Notes: generated by a model not told the origin, from the sequence alone. DNA of 64,000 nt from Eledone cirrhosa (GCA_964016885.1 CAXHJY010001100.1:124001-188000); one strand, 5' to 3'. Shown: positions 1 through 16,723, numbered from the stretch's first letter. Program-made: numbers and translations.

Positions 1-117
1 ATACATATACACACACACACACATATATATATATATGCGGTACAGATACACACACATATATATATATATATACATATACACACACACATATATATATACA
101 TACACACACACACACAC

Positions 118-172
<55 letters not shown>

Positions 173-209
173 CACACACACATATATATATATACATACA
201 CACACACAC

Positions 210-256
<47 letters not shown>

Positions 257-701
257 CACACACACATATATATATATATATACATACACACACACACGTA
301 TATATATATATATATATATATGGTGGCTGCCAACTCGTTTTCGAGTACGGCCACTACTTTATATCCATGTAGGAGAACCCCTACCGATGCGCTGAACGAA
401 TGTGACTTTTTAGTCCAGCCAGCGACTTGAAAACTCTGGTACAAAGCCTACACTTGTGACCATTATTGACACATAGTGCAGGGCCCATGATACCATGTGA
501 TGACAAGTGCAGAGAGATCTCCAGATATAAAGCAATGCCTGTGCTGTGAAGCTTTTATAGTGAGCAAAGGCACTGCACAAAGCCAGTCCCACTCTCTCAA
601 CCAAGATGATATTTACCAAAAAGAAGAACAAGTCAACATCATTGGATACCATCAGGGTTGCAGGTGTTATATCAGAGTTTTCCTTCTCCTAGAATTCTGC
701 C

Positions 702-806
702 TTGGACGAAATAGAAATCATAAAAATATATATGAAGTTAATTTGAGCATAAAATAACATTATTGTAATTTTCAACTTTTTGTCTTGAAAAATATATCAT
801 GTAGCG

Positions 807-870
<64 letters not shown>

Positions 871-909
871 CACACACACATATATATATACATACACACA
901 CACACACAC

Positions 910-979
<70 letters not shown>

Positions 980-1171
980 GCTACATGATATATTTTTCAA
1001 GACAAAAAGTTGAAAATTACAATAATGTTATTTTATGCTCAAATTAACTTCATATATATTTTTATGATTTCTATTTCGTCCAATTTTCTATTGAGTCGTC
1101 AAGTACGAAATTTGTAGAAATTAGTTTCTTTTCAACAAATTTCTACAAATTTCATACTCGACGACCCAATA
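702..1171. repeat. Double inverted repeat around a (TA)n/(CA)n tract
   Basis: About 702-810 vs 975-1083 are reverse complements; a second pair at about 1089-1122 vs 1138-1171. Confidence 0.8.
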
Positions 1172-1342
1172 CAATAAAGAACGTTTTATGATCTCGTTTT
1201 GGATGTAACTTGTACACACTTAATGTTTTCTTATTGCTAGTATGTACTCTGGTTTTACCGTCTACAAAGACATCTACACACACACACATGACACCACGCC
1301 TGTTCTATGTGTATATATATGTATATGTTTGTATATATACAC

Positions 1343-1421
<79 letters not shown>

Positions 1422-1484
1422 TTTATCGGGACTTCGAAGAAAAAATAGGTATATATCTGTGTCTATTATTTCCTCTTATTTTAG

Positions 1485-1520
<36 letters not shown>

Positions 1521-1524
<4 letters not shown>

Positions 1525-1720
1525 CGGAGGAAATGTGGTAATGAACCAGGTGGACCATAACGCACCAAAGTACTCAATACTTAGGGTAGTAGAGTGGGTA
1601 ATAGGAACGAGTAGGACCCCGACGGCTGAGCTCAAGCCGTTTCGACGGCTAATTCTGGACTCAGAGTCCAGAATTAGCCGTCGAAACGGCTTGAGCTCAG
1701 CCGTCGGGGTCTTACTCGTT

Positions 1721-1725
<5 letters not shown>
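1521..1725. mobile_element. Hairpin element family A with 3' half of a hammerhead
   Basis: 62-bp arms 1601-1662 and 1664-1725 with a 1-nt loop; contains GAAAC-ggct(tgagctc)agcc-GTC; embedded in (TA)n. Confidence 0.75.
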
Positions 1726-1807
<82 letters not shown>

Positions 1808-1991
1808 CTCTCTCTCATTATATATATATATAGAGAGAGAGAGAGGGGAGGGGAGAATGAGAGAAGAGGGGGATAAGGTCGGGAGGAGTGGTGGGAAAAT
1901 AGAAAGTAATAAGTATATGAGAATTCGGTATACCCAATAGGAGAGATGCATAGGTATATATATATATATTATATATATATACACACACACA

Positions 1992-2047
<56 letters not shown>

Positions 2048-2053
2048 CATACC

Positions 2054-2145
<92 letters not shown>

Positions 2146-2151
2146 CATACC

Positions 2152-2297
<146 letters not shown>

Positions 2298-2386
2298 CAT
2301 ACCTACATATATATATATATATATATAGCCTTTAGGGGAGACAGAGAAATATCCCATCAACAGCATCCACGTGAGAGAGAGAGAGA

Positions 2387-2478
<92 letters not shown>

Positions 2479-2966
2479 CAGAAAGAAATATATAAATATT
2501 GTTAAATGGAAACAATAACATTTAGAAAGAAGGCGTAATTTCTGAGTTAAAGTAATAATTCGAAGGAAAGTAATAAAATTTAAAACAAAAAGGAGGATTG
2601 AATCAACTACATTTCAGTATTTTGAATAATAATAATGAAATCGGAGAAGATAAAGGCTGCTTGAGAAGAGGATGTGGTGGTATATTGGCATAATAGTGAG
2701 GAGGTTGGTGGGCAAGAGGAAGAGGAGGAGGTTTGTGGAGAAGAGGTGGAGGGGTGGGCAAGGGCGAGAGCAGGTAGTAGCGTGAAAAAGAGTAGAATAA
2801 GATGGAGAAAAGATGGAATCAACGACGGAGACGGAGAAGAAGAAGAAGAAGAAGAAGAAGAAGAAGAAGAAGAAGAAGAAGAAGCATTGGAGACAGTAAG
2901 GAATCTAGCATGTTAACTAGAACAATACCAATATTGGCATGTATATTTACAGATGCATATGATTAT

Positions 2967-3021
<55 letters not shown>

Positions 3022-3273
3022 TATAATATATATATACACATACATACACACACTCACACACACACACATATATATATTTATATATATATGTATATATATA
3101 AATATATATATTTACATATATATATACATATAAATGTATATATATATGTACATATATTGGATCGATATAAATATATATATATATATATATGTCTCTCTCT
3201 CTCTCGCTCTCTCTCTCTCTATATATATATGTATACACACACACACGCACATATATATATATATATATGAGTC

Positions 3274-3341
<68 letters not shown>

Positions 3342-3502
3342 ATGAATAACACTAATATTAGCTAGGCCTTCTACAATGTAAATATGGCTGCCATATGTTA
3401 AATTAATGTTATGCATCATTTATGTATGAAGAATACATGTATGATGCATGATGTACGTTATTGGATCGATTGAATGAGATACACAGCGAGAGAGTGATGT
3501 AT

Positions 3503-3575
<73 letters not shown>

Positions 3576-3683
3576 TATACATACATACATATATATATAT
3601 GTATATGTATGTATATGTGTATGTATGATGTATGGATGCATGATCCATGTTATTGAATCGAGTGTTGCATATAAAGATTGTTA

Positions 3684-3733
<50 letters not shown>

Positions 3734-3898
3734 CCATCACCATCACCACCACAACAACACACCACCATACCACCACCACCACCACCACCACCACCACCAC
3801 CACCATCACCAGACTACCACCACCACTACTACCACCACCACCACCACCACCTGCATCACCACCACCATCACCACCACAACCACAACCACCGCCACCAC

Positions 3899-3942
<44 letters not shown>

Positions 3943-4178
3943 CCATCACCATCACCACCTCCAACAACACACCACCATACCACCACCACCACCACCACCA
4001 CCACCACCACCACCACCACCACCACCACCACCACCACTACCACCACTACCACCACCATCACCAGACTACCACCACCACTACTACCACCACCACCATCATC
4101 ACCACCACCTCTACTACCACCACCACCACCATCACCACCACCACCACTACCACCACTACCACCATCATCATCATCTTC
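3684..4178. repeat. (CAT)n/(CAC)n trinucleotide array
   Basis: Direct reading. Confidence 0.9.
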
Positions 4179-4442
4179 ATTGTTAGACTGATGAACCTAT
4201 TTTTATTCCTGATCCGAGCGATTCCCTGCAACCATATCTATATAAACTTCTTATTCCGCCCAAAATTCTGTTGACTGAGATTATGAAAGTTATCTCCCTT
4301 TGTTGACTTCAGATTTTACAATCCACCCCGGGGAATTGTCATCTATTAATTGCTAGGAGAATCTGAGTCAATGGAAGTTTTGTTCAATCTTTCAACTTAC
4401 TATATTACATATATGAGATTTTACTGAATATATACTCACGCG

Positions 4443-4493
<51 letters not shown>

Positions 4494-4501
4494 ATATCTG
4501 G

Positions 4502-4537
<36 letters not shown>

Positions 4538-4662
4538 ATTAGTGAGCATATGTCAGTGTACATAAAATATAGATTTATGCATATGTATATATGTATGTAT
4601 ATATATGTATATATATATATATATATGGATATATATATATTTATATATATATATATATATAT

Positions 4663-4741
<79 letters not shown>

Positions 4742-4855
4742 TATATACATTTATTTATATGTATATATACGATTACTCTGCATATACTTATATATATATA
4801 TATATATATATATTACTATACATATATATATGTATATATACGATTACTATGCATA

Positions 4856-4911
<56 letters not shown>

Positions 4912-4952
4912 TATATACACATACATATATATATATATATATATAGATATAT

Positions 4953-5008
<56 letters not shown>

Positions 5009-5012
5009 ATAT

Positions 5013-5102
<90 letters not shown>

Positions 5103-5103
5103 A

Positions 5104-5206
<103 letters not shown>

Positions 5207-5211
5207 CATAT

Positions 5212-5360
<149 letters not shown>

Positions 5361-5653
5361 ATCATAAAAAGACAGACTATAACAGTTGACCCCTTAAGTT
5401 ATTTGAGCTAAATTTATAATTGAAAAATATTATTGATGTTGCTGATCTGCATTATCGATCTGGTTCGAATATTCCTGTTTGCTAAGCTTAGATGATAGAA
5501 AGTTGAATGTTATATCTGATATATATATATAACTTTAATACTCCTTTATGTCATAGGTGGCCGGGAAAATATGTAGAGGTCGCTGTTGTCAGTGACTTAT
5601 TGACCAATAGTATCCTTCGACAACCGTTACTAACAATATCTATATTTTATTAC

Positions 5654-5708
5654 TGTTGCTGTTGTTGTTGTTGTTGTTGTTGTTTCTTCGTTTTCTTCGT
5701 TTTCTTCT

Positions 5709-5740
<32 letters not shown>

Positions 5741-6185
5741 TTCTTCTTTTTCTTCTTCTTCTTCTTCTTCTTCTTCTTCTTCTTCTCCTTCATTTTCTTC
5801 TTCTTCTTCTCCTTTTTCTTCTTCTTCTTCTTCTTCTTCTTCTTCTTCTTCTTCTTCTCCTCCTCCTCCTCCTTCTTTTTCTTCTTCTTCTTCTTCTTCT
5901 TCTTCTTCTTCTTCTTCTTCTTCTCCTTCTTCTTCTTCTTCTCCTCCTCCTTCTTCTTCTTCGTCTTCTTCTTCTTCTTCTTCTTCTTCTTCTTCTTCTT
6001 CTTCTTCTTCTTCTTCTTCTTCTTCTTCTCCTCCTTCTTCTTCTTCTTCTTCATCTTCTTCTTCTTCTTCTTCTTCTTCTTCTTCTTCTTCTTCTCCCCC
6101 TCCTCCTCCCCTTCTCCTTCTTCTCCCCCCCCCCACTCCTCCTCATCCTTCTTCTTCTCCCCCCCACCCCTCCTCATCCTTCTTC
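5654..6185. repeat. (TTG)n/(TTC)n array
   Basis: Direct reading; a similar array lies at 33517-34075. Confidence 0.9.
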
Positions 6186-6202
6186 TCTACCACATATGTG
6201 TG

Positions 6203-6251
<49 letters not shown>

Positions 6252-6950
6252 ATGTTCATATGTGTATGCTAGTGCAATAAATGCTATCCCGTCGTTTGTT
6301 ATCGCCAGGAGTTCAAATCTCGCTGGGTTCACATTTGGTCTTCAGTGTGATCGATAAACTAATTACAATCAATGATATATTCTGATTTCCTGCCAAATCA
6401 AAAAGAATAGACCCCAATAAAAAAAAAGATCAATATCTAACGTCATACAAATATAATTCGATTTTAAAGAAATCAGAAGTTCGATCTTTCGTTGATTTTG
6501 ATTAACTATCGATATCTATCGTGACTTCTTCGTATTTATATCTATTTCTCAATCATAACCTTCTTTCTATAAAGGAAGGTGTGGAAACTATTCTATTACG
6601 TGTAAATCTATTGTTATCGTTTTAAGTAACAGCATCGATATAACAGCATCAGTGACTGTTATATCGATCTTTTCTGATCACCTGTCTTTAATAAGTTTCT
6701 AATCAAATGAAACTAGCCGAATATGACGGAATGTTCTGGAGATCTCGCGAAAATCTCACCTAAATCAAATGTAATTTTACTTTTAAAATAGAAAATGGAA
6801 TTTTAACTATGGAATTGTAACTCTGCCTCTCTCTCAATCCATCTCTCTCTCTCTCAATCTCTCTATCTCTCTTTCTCTCTCACTCTCTCTCTCTCTCTCT
6901 CTCTCAATCCCCCTCTCTCTCTCAATCGCTCTCTGTGTGTCTCTGTCACT

Positions 6951-6989
<39 letters not shown>

Positions 6990-7424
6990 TCACTCTCCCC
7001 CCCACCCCTCTCTCTTTCTGATATCGATTACACCTTTCCAAATAATCCGTTTGCTCTGTTTATATAAATGTTCTTCTTCGTCTGACCCCCCACCCCCTTT
7101 AGATATTGCTCTCCTATCCGCCCCCGCCCCAACTCTTTCTTCTCCTATTCATGATCACCACGATCATGATCATTATGATGATGATGATGATGATGATCAT
7201 CATCATCATCATCCTATCCCGATGTCATCTACAGAGATTCTGGTATCGAAATCCAGGACTTGGTAACGGCAATGAACGAGAGACCCACGTGGAGATCAAT
7301 TGTTGAGTCCATTTCGGCTGAGGCCGTCGGCTGCTGCTGCTGCTGCTGCTGCTGCGGATGATGATGATGATGATGATGATAATGATATACACCACCAATA
7401 ATTGTCATTTCGACATCGAACACA

Positions 7425-8765
7425 ATTTTTATATATACAGTTCTGACAATTTTAATATATAGTGCTGAAAATTTTAATATATACACCGCTGAAAATTTTA
7501 ATATATACACCGCTGAAAATTTTAATATATACACCGCTGAAAATTTCAATATATACACCGCTGAAAATTTTAATATATACACCGCTGAAAATTTCAATAT
7601 ATACACCGCTGAAAATTTCAATATATACACCGCTGAAAATTTCAATATATACACCGCTGAAAATTTCAATATATACACCGCTGAAAATTTTAATATATAC
7701 ACCGCTGAAAATTTTAATATATACACCGCTGAAAATTTTAATATATACACCGCTGAAAATTTCAATATATACACCGCTGAAAATTTTAATATATACACCG
7801 CTGAAAATTTCAATATATACACCGCTGAAAATTTTAATATATACACCGCTGAAAATTTCAATATATACACCGCTGAAAATTTTAATATTTACACCGCTGA
7901 AAATTTCAATATATACAGTGCAGAAAAATTTAATATACTGTATATACTGTTGAAAATGTTAATATATACGCCACTGAATATTTTAATACATACAGTGCTT
8001 ACAATTTTAATATATACACCGCAGACAAATTTAATATATACACCGCTGACAAATTTAATATATATAGTGGTAAAATGTTTTATATTTCTAATATATACAT
8101 CGCTGAAAATGTTAATATATACACCACTGAATATTTTAATATATACAGTGCTTACAATTTTAATATATACACCGCTGACAAATTTAATATATACATCGCT
8201 GACAAATTTAATATATACACCGCTGACAAATTTAATATATACATCGCTGACAAATTTAATATATACACCGCTGACAGATTTAATATATACACCGCTACAA
8301 TTTGAATATATACACCGCTGACAAATTTAATATATACACCGCTGGCAATTTTAATATATACACCGCTGACAATTTTAATATATATAGTACTGACAAATTT
8401 AATGTATATATATCACTGAATATAGACAGCGATGACCATTTTAATATATACACCGCTGACAAATTTAATATATACACTGCTGACAAATTTAATGCATACA
8501 GTGCTGACAAATTTAATATATATATATCTAACAAATTTAATATATACACCGCTGATAAACTTAATATATACAGTGCTGACAAACTTAATATATATATCAT
8601 TGACAAATTTAATATATACACCGCTGAAAATTTTAATATATACACTACTGACAAATTTAATATATACATCACTGAATATAGACAGCGATGACAATTTTAA
8701 TATATACACCGCAGACAAATTTAACATATATATCACTGACAAATTTAATATATACAGTGCTGACA
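7425..8765. repeat. ~24-bp minisatellite (aattttaatatatacaccgctgaa)
   Basis: Homogeneous block 7465-7915, more diverged to the right. Confidence 0.92.
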
Positions 8766-10034
8766 AAACCCCAAGATGACTCATACGATGTAAAAATGTA
8801 TTATAGTTTCATGTCTTCTATTTTTACTCACACCCACACACTGTTAGGGACAGTTTTGTCTTAGGTTTAATGGAACACAGGAAACAAATCATCGACTTAG
8901 GGATAATGTTGATACATTGCAACATTGTAGCCAGTGAAAAGGTTAATTTAAATCAAGTATAGCTAACATTTCTTTTTCATATTGTATTTTTATTATATTT
9001 TATATCCCGGACACAGACATATTGAAATGTCAAATTCATTAGTAATTTTGCCTGGAAATAATCCTACCAATTATATTATCACAACTATGTAAACGAATGT
9101 TGTTGCTTCTACGTTTTTTTTTTTATTTTCCGAATGGTTTGGAAACCATTCATCTGTCTTCTTCAGTGACTGTTAGAGTTGACGCAAATCAGCTAATTTC
9201 GAGTTTGCTCGTCACTGAACAGGGAAAAATGAGAAGATTTGTTCTACATGCTCGCTATTTACTATGTCAACTCAATTACCGTTGAATAAATAAACCAAAT
9301 ATTTAAAATAAATAAATAAGCTGAAAAAAAATTATTAAAAAAGTAGCTGAAAAATTAAATAAATAAATAAATAAATAAATTAAAATGGAGGAACACAAAA
9401 CAAAACAAAACAAAACAATACACAAAATAGAAAAAAACAATAATGAAACCAAATTACTCAGCGTTCTTTAACATTCTGCCTGTGTTCGAAGTCTTTCCGC
9501 TTGATTATACTCGTGCTGGCGTGCTTATTTGAAATATTTTAACACGTCCATTTTAACGTGGCTTACGAAAGTCTAAATTTCTGAGATGAGAGAGGAGAGA
9601 AGAGGAGAGAAGAAAACTTATTAACAAACAAACGAATAAACAAAACAAACACAGAAATAAATAAATAAATAAATATATAAATAAACAAATAAATAAATAA
9701 ACAAATAAATAAACAAATAAATAAATAAATATATAAATAAATAAATATAAAAATAAATAAATGTGTAAATAAACAAAGAACCCCCCCCCCCCGCCAAAAA
9801 AAATGGAAATAACTTCGTTAGAATTAAAAAATAATACATCCTTTGTCATTATAGTAATAACATTTTAAAAAAAATTAAACTGTTTATCTGATAAGGATTT
9901 TTTAAATGATATATTTTTATCATGACTTTCATTTAACTTCTCATAAGCCTATTATCTTATTTATTATCATATGTAGACACTTAATGTTAATGTAAGAATG
10001 GTTTCTTATATAGGCACAAGGCCAGCAATTTTGT

Positions 10035-11080
10035 GACGTCAACCCACCACCTCATCGCGTATTCCCGTCACCATGTTACCAGGTCATCCCGTCATCACGA
10101 AGTCACGTCAGTACGTCATTCAATCACCACGTCACCACGTCATCTCGTCACCACGTCACCACGTCATCCCGCCACACCACATCACCACGTCACCACATCA
10201 CCAGGTCATCCCGTTTCCACGACATCACGTCAGTACGTCATTCAATCACCACGTCACCACATCACCAGGTCATCCCGTTTCCACGACATCACGTCAGTAC
10301 GTCATTCAATCACCACGTCACCACGTCACAACGTCATCTCGTCACCACGTCACCACGTCATCCCGTCACCACTTCATCCCGTCATCCCGTCACCTCGTTA
10401 GCACGTTACCACTTCATCACGCAACCAGGTCACCACGTTACTACGTCACCATGTCACCACGTCACCACGTCACCACGTCACCACGTCACCACGTCACCAC
10501 GTCATCCCATCCCCACGTCACTACATCACAACATCACAACGTCACCATGTCATCCTGTCACCACATCACAATGTCACCAAGTCAACCCTCCCACCAAATC
10601 ATCCCGTGACCACGTCACCACGTCATCCCGTCACCACGTCGCCACGTCACCTCGTCATCCCATCCCCACGTCACCACGTCACAACATCACAACGTCACCA
10701 TGTCATCCTGTCACCACATCACAACGTCACCAAGTCAACCCTCCCACCAAATCATCCCGTGACCACGTCACCACGTCATCCCGTCACCACGTCGCCACGT
10801 CACCACGTCACAACGTCACCACATCATTACATAGCTAGGTCATCCCGTCACTGAGTCACCATGTCATCATGCCATCATGCCATCATGTCACCACGTCACC
10901 ACGTCACCACGTCACCACATCATTACATAGCTAGGTCATCCCGTCACTGAGTCACCATGTCACCACGTCACCACGTCACCACGTCACCACGTCACCACGT
11001 CACCACGTCACCACATCATTACATAGCTAGGTCATCCCGTCACTGAGTCACCATGTCATCATGCCATCATGTCACCATGT
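10035..11080. repeat. (caccacgt)-based minisatellite with higher-order duplications
   Basis: 8-bp core and variants. Confidence 0.88.
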
Positions 11081-11198
11081 TATCTTTTGTAGACATATGG
11101 TAATTGTTACGTCAAACACTCTCTCAGTATTTTCTCTAAGATCTCCGTTTACATGTAATAAACACGACAAACTTGCATTTCCTCAACACACGCCACCT

Positions 11199-11250
<52 letters not shown>

Positions 11251-11391
11251 TCCTTCTTTTTCAGTCTTCCTTCCTTTCTTTCTTTCTTTGTTTTTTTCTT
11301 CCTTTTTTTTCTTTCTTTTTTTCTTCTAAACTGGAATAATTTGAAATGTAAAGCTACACATTTTCACATTCTGTGGAATGTCTCTAAAACT

Positions 11392-11471
<80 letters not shown>

Positions 11472-11511
11472 GAGAGAGAGAGAGAGAGAGAGAAAGATAT
11501 ATATATATATA

Positions 11512-11566
<55 letters not shown>

Positions 11567-11876
11567 CTTTCTCTTGCCTCCCCCCTCTCTCTCTCTCTAT
11601 ATATATATAGAATGTATATATATATATATATATATATATATGGGGGGGGGGGCGGTATATATGATTGTGTGAGTATTATGCGTTTATACGTGTTTCTGTA
11701 TATGAGTGCGTATATAAATTAATACATACATATCTGTCTGTCTGTTCTCTCTCTCTAAACAATCGGATGTTTTGATCAGGAGAGGCATGGTCTTGCCCAA
11801 GACAAGCTGTTTGTAAAAATGGCACTCCTACGGTTCCTGTAGCAAGTAAAGGTCCATTATCGTATTTTTTAGCCTT

Positions 11877-12032
<156 letters not shown>

Positions 12033-12229
12033 TGTGTGTGTGTGAATGAAGTAATTCCGTCGGAAAAGTCCAGGAAAAAAGAGTGCTCTATGTAGGTAAC
12101 AGGTTTTTAAAATCCAAATTCAATAAACAGACCAGGATTTTTTCATTCTGAGGATTGAAAGCAAAATCTTTTGCTTTTAAGAAACCACTGGTAAATGGAA
12201 TAATTGCCTTATGTTGTTTATTACATAAC

Positions 12230-12260
<31 letters not shown>

Positions 12261-12837
12261 ATTAAGGGAAGATTTTGGGACATAGTGTGTACCCTTTAAG
12301 GTTTAATTCCTCATTGAGGTTTGGTTGCCATTTCTAGCAGGGCAAATGACTACGTAGAGAGACTATCTGTACGTATTAACTGAGATAGTGTAAGGCCTGG
12401 TTTTTATAACGAGTATGCCATGTTTTTTTTCTTTTCGTTTTCTTATTTTCGTAGTGGTGGTGGTGGTTGGTGGGGCGGGGTACAACTCCTGATACCAGTT
12501 CATCAGTTGAAACTGATTTCTCAATGTAGCAAACCACCAATGTGTGTTTTCTAATGATATGTTCACATGAACAGAACAGCTTTTCATGTATAAAATTAAT
12601 AAAGTCATTCTGCAATGTACTTATACATATTTAAAATGGATTTTCTTATTTCTCTTCTGAAATGTTGTAAAGGACAGTCTTTCTTTCTGATGTGGCATGT
12701 AATCTTTGTTGTATAGTTTGTAGCTGATTAATGAGACTCATTATTTTGTTCTATTATTCTTTTATTAGTTTCAATCATTAAACTGTAGCCAGGATAACAA
12801 TTTCAAAAATTGGCGACAATGGCTCAAGACGTTAGAG

Positions 12838-13074
12838 CAGTGGTTCTCAACCTTTTTTTTGCCAATGGCACACCTTGGAACACATGGAAAAATAGCGGCA
12901 CACCTGGATTTATAAAATAAAAACATGGCAAGTCATATGAACTTACTTTATTGCAGTGTTTCGAATTTCATCAGTCAAATAACTGGCTTCTTTAGTGAGA
13001 AAATTGTGACTGGCTTTTCAAAATTTTGCGGCACACTTAAGAAGATCTCGCGGCACACTGGTTGAGAATCACTG
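12838..13074. mobile_element. hAT (Charlie-like) MITE
   Basis: TIRs cagtggttctcaacc / ggttgagaatcactg; 8-bp TSD cgttagag / cattagag; subterminal gcggcacac repeats. Confidence 0.85.
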
Positions 13075-13489
13075 CATTAGAGAGAGAGTTCTCAAGCGAA
13101 ATACCGGGCAGGGGGACAAATAAAGCACGTTAAGGGGAAGGGATTTACATTGAGCAAAAGCTTCGTTACATTTCGAACATATGAACAGGGCCATAGGTTT
13201 GGAGTAGGGAGCAATCGATTATATCGACCACTATACTTTCCTTATACTTGTTTTATCGATCTCGTAATAGTGAAAGGTCAAGTAGTTAGAAAATGATTCT
13301 TTGATCTTTAGTATTGCGCTCAAGTTGAATTGATCCCTGGAATCAGAGAATGATCTTTGCGCTCAATTTTGAATTCATTTCTGAAGCCAGGAGAATGCAT
13401 CTGTGATGTTTAGCAATGTGTTCAAGTTAAATGGATTTCTGGAGTTAGAGGAATGGTTCTTTGGCCTTTAATATTGCGCTCAACTTGAA

Positions 13490-13870
13490 TTGATCCCTGG
13501 ATACAGATGAATTGATCACTGGATACAGATGAATTGATCACTGGATACAGATGAATTGTTCACTGGATACAGATGAATTGATGACTGGATACAGATGAAT
13601 TGATCCATGGACACAGATGAATTGATCCCTGGACACAGATGGTTTGATGCTTGGATACAGATGAATTGATCCCTGGATACAGATGAATTGATCTCTAGAT
13701 AGAGATGAATTGATCACCGGATACAGATGAATTGATCACTGGATACAGATGAATTGATCCCTGGACACAGATGAATTGATCCCTGGATACAGATGGCTTG
13801 ATCCTTGGATACAGATGATTTGATCCTTGGATACAGATGAATTGATCACTGGATACCGATGAATTGATAG
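13490..13870. repeat. 22-bp minisatellite (ggatacagatgaattgatcact)
   Basis: About 17 copies. Confidence 0.9.
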
Positions 13871-14521
13871 TTTGGACTTCATTATCTCTGCTCACACTTG
13901 AATAGATTCAGTGAGATGATTCTTTGGTCCTCAGTATTGCGCTCAAGTTGAACTAATTCCTGGTGCTAGACAAAACAAAGCTGCTATTGCAACCATGGTT
14001 TAAATCAATTTTATCCCTAAGAGTCCAAAAATAAGTTTACTGCATTTGCTGACTCAAAATGTCGGATGTTAGTAAAAATGTCCTTCAAAGATTATGGGTG
14101 TTTTATTTTTTAAAACGTTTTATTTCATATCCAGTAGTGATTATTTCTTACATTCTTCAACGTTTGAAGTCTTTCCCCATGACTAATTCCTACGGACACA
14201 ATAGTATAGGTTGTGTTTGATGTATGCTCTTTCCCATTTACTGAGTATAATATACTACCTGGCAGACATTTTTGGCATTCGATAGAAAGGTAAGCCGTTC
14301 ATTTGGTCTTGAAAAAAAAATCTAGGTCGTTCTCATGTCTTAACCATCTCTCTAGTCTTTCTCTGTTCCCCCGAACTGTCTTTGTTTCTTTGGCTATCAG
14401 TTTCTCATCTATCTGATTATCCACCATCTTTCAATCATCTCACGCTACACCCTATATACTTTATCGTTATCACTAATTTTCTTCCAGTCTCTTTCTCAGT
14501 CTCTCGTTTCGTCTCGCCTCG

Positions 14522-14751
<230 letters not shown>

Positions 14752-14849
14752 TCTCTTTCTCTTTCTCTCTCTCTCACTATCTTCACACCTTCTTCTTTTA
14801 GCGTTATCGTTGCCTCGGTCCAAATATTTCTGTCAATCTGTCTGTCTAT

Positions 14850-15805
14850 CTGTCTATCGTCTGCCAGTCTCAGTCTATCGTCTGCTCGTCTATCGTCTGC
14901 CAGTCTATCGTCTGCTAGTCTCAGTCTATCGTCTGCTAGTCTAAGTCTATCGTCTGCTAGTCTCAGTCTATCGTCTGCCAGTCTCAGTCTATCGTCTGCC
15001 AGTCTATCGTCTGCTAGTCTCAGTCTATCGTCTGCTAGTCTCAGTCTATCGTCTGCCAGTCTATCGTCTGCTCGTCTATCGTCTGCCAGTCTCAGTCTAT
15101 CGTCTGCTCGTCTATCGTCTGCCAGTCTATCGTCTGCCAGTCTATCGTCTGCCAGTCTCAGTCTATCGTCTGCTAGTCTCAGTCTATCGTCTGCTAGTCT
15201 ATCGTCTGCTAGTCTCAGTCTATCGTCTGCCAGTCTCAGTCTATCGTCTGCTAGTCTCAGTCTATCGTCTGCCAGTCTCAGTCTATCGTCTGCCAGTCTC
15301 AGTCTATCGTCTGCTAGTCTCAGTCTATCGTCTGCCAGTCTCAGTCTATCGTCTGCCAGTCTCAGTCTATCGTCTGCCAGTCTCAGTCTATCGTCTGCTA
15401 GTCTCAGTCTATCGTCTGCTAGTCTATCGTCTGCCAGTCTCAGTCTATCGTCTGCTAGTCTCAGTCTATCGTCTGCTAGTCTATCGTCTGCTAGTCTCAG
15501 TCTATCGTCTGCCAGTCTCAGTCTATCGTCTGCTAGTCTCAGTCTATCGTCTGCCAGTCTCAGTCTATCGTCTGCCAGTCTCAGTCTATCGTCTGCTAGT
15601 CTCAGTCTATCGTCTGCCAGTCTCAGTCTATCGTCTGCCAGTCTCAGTCTATCGTCTGCCAGTCTCAGTCTATCGTCTGCCAGTCTCAGTCTATCGTCTG
15701 CCAGTCTCAGTCTATCGTCTGCCAGTCTCAGTCTATCGTCTGCCAGTCTCAGTCTATCGTCTGCCAGTCTCAGTCTATCGTCTGCCAGTCTATCGTCTGC
15801 TAGTC
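14850..15805. repeat. 21/15-bp minisatellite (gtctcagtctatcgtctgcya)
   Basis: Source of the spurious LADDRLR ORF. Confidence 0.92.
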
Positions 15806-15994
15806 TGTATTTACTGTAATCCCACTCCCGCTCCCACTCCGACATCCATTTCCCCTTCCTGATTTATCCCCATTCAATCAATCTCTATTTTCATTGCTGT
15901 TACCTTTGAAGAACTTTCTCCATTCTCAAAAGTTTTGATATTCTACATCATTACAGTCAATTGGGTGAATATTTATACATAGATGTTTACATGT

Positions 15995-16037
<43 letters not shown>

Positions 16038-16096
16038 ATATGTATATATATATATATATATATATGTGTGTATATGTATATATGTAGATATATATG

Positions 16097-16155
<59 letters not shown>

Positions 16156-16181
16156 GTATATGTATATATGTAGATATATAA

Positions 16182-16281
<100 letters not shown>

Positions 16282-16339
16282 GTATATGTATATGTATATA
16301 TGTAGATATATAAATGTAGATATATATATGTGTGTGTAT

Positions 16340-16408
<69 letters not shown>

Positions 16409-16463
16409 CATATATACATATATACATATATACATATATGTATATATATATATATATATACAT

Positions 16464-16511
<48 letters not shown>

Positions 16512-16531
16512 ATATATGTATATATATATAT

Positions 16532-16723
<192 letters not shown>

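Noticed and set aside
9455-9581. Possible minus-strand exon after a strong polypyrimidine-CAG acceptor
   Set aside because: Early stops in all three frames and no partner exons found.
14134-14310. Possible exon (aaag/gtaagc donor; ECQKCLPG on minus strand)
   Set aside because: Stops interrupt each frame between plausible splice sites; no recognisable domain.
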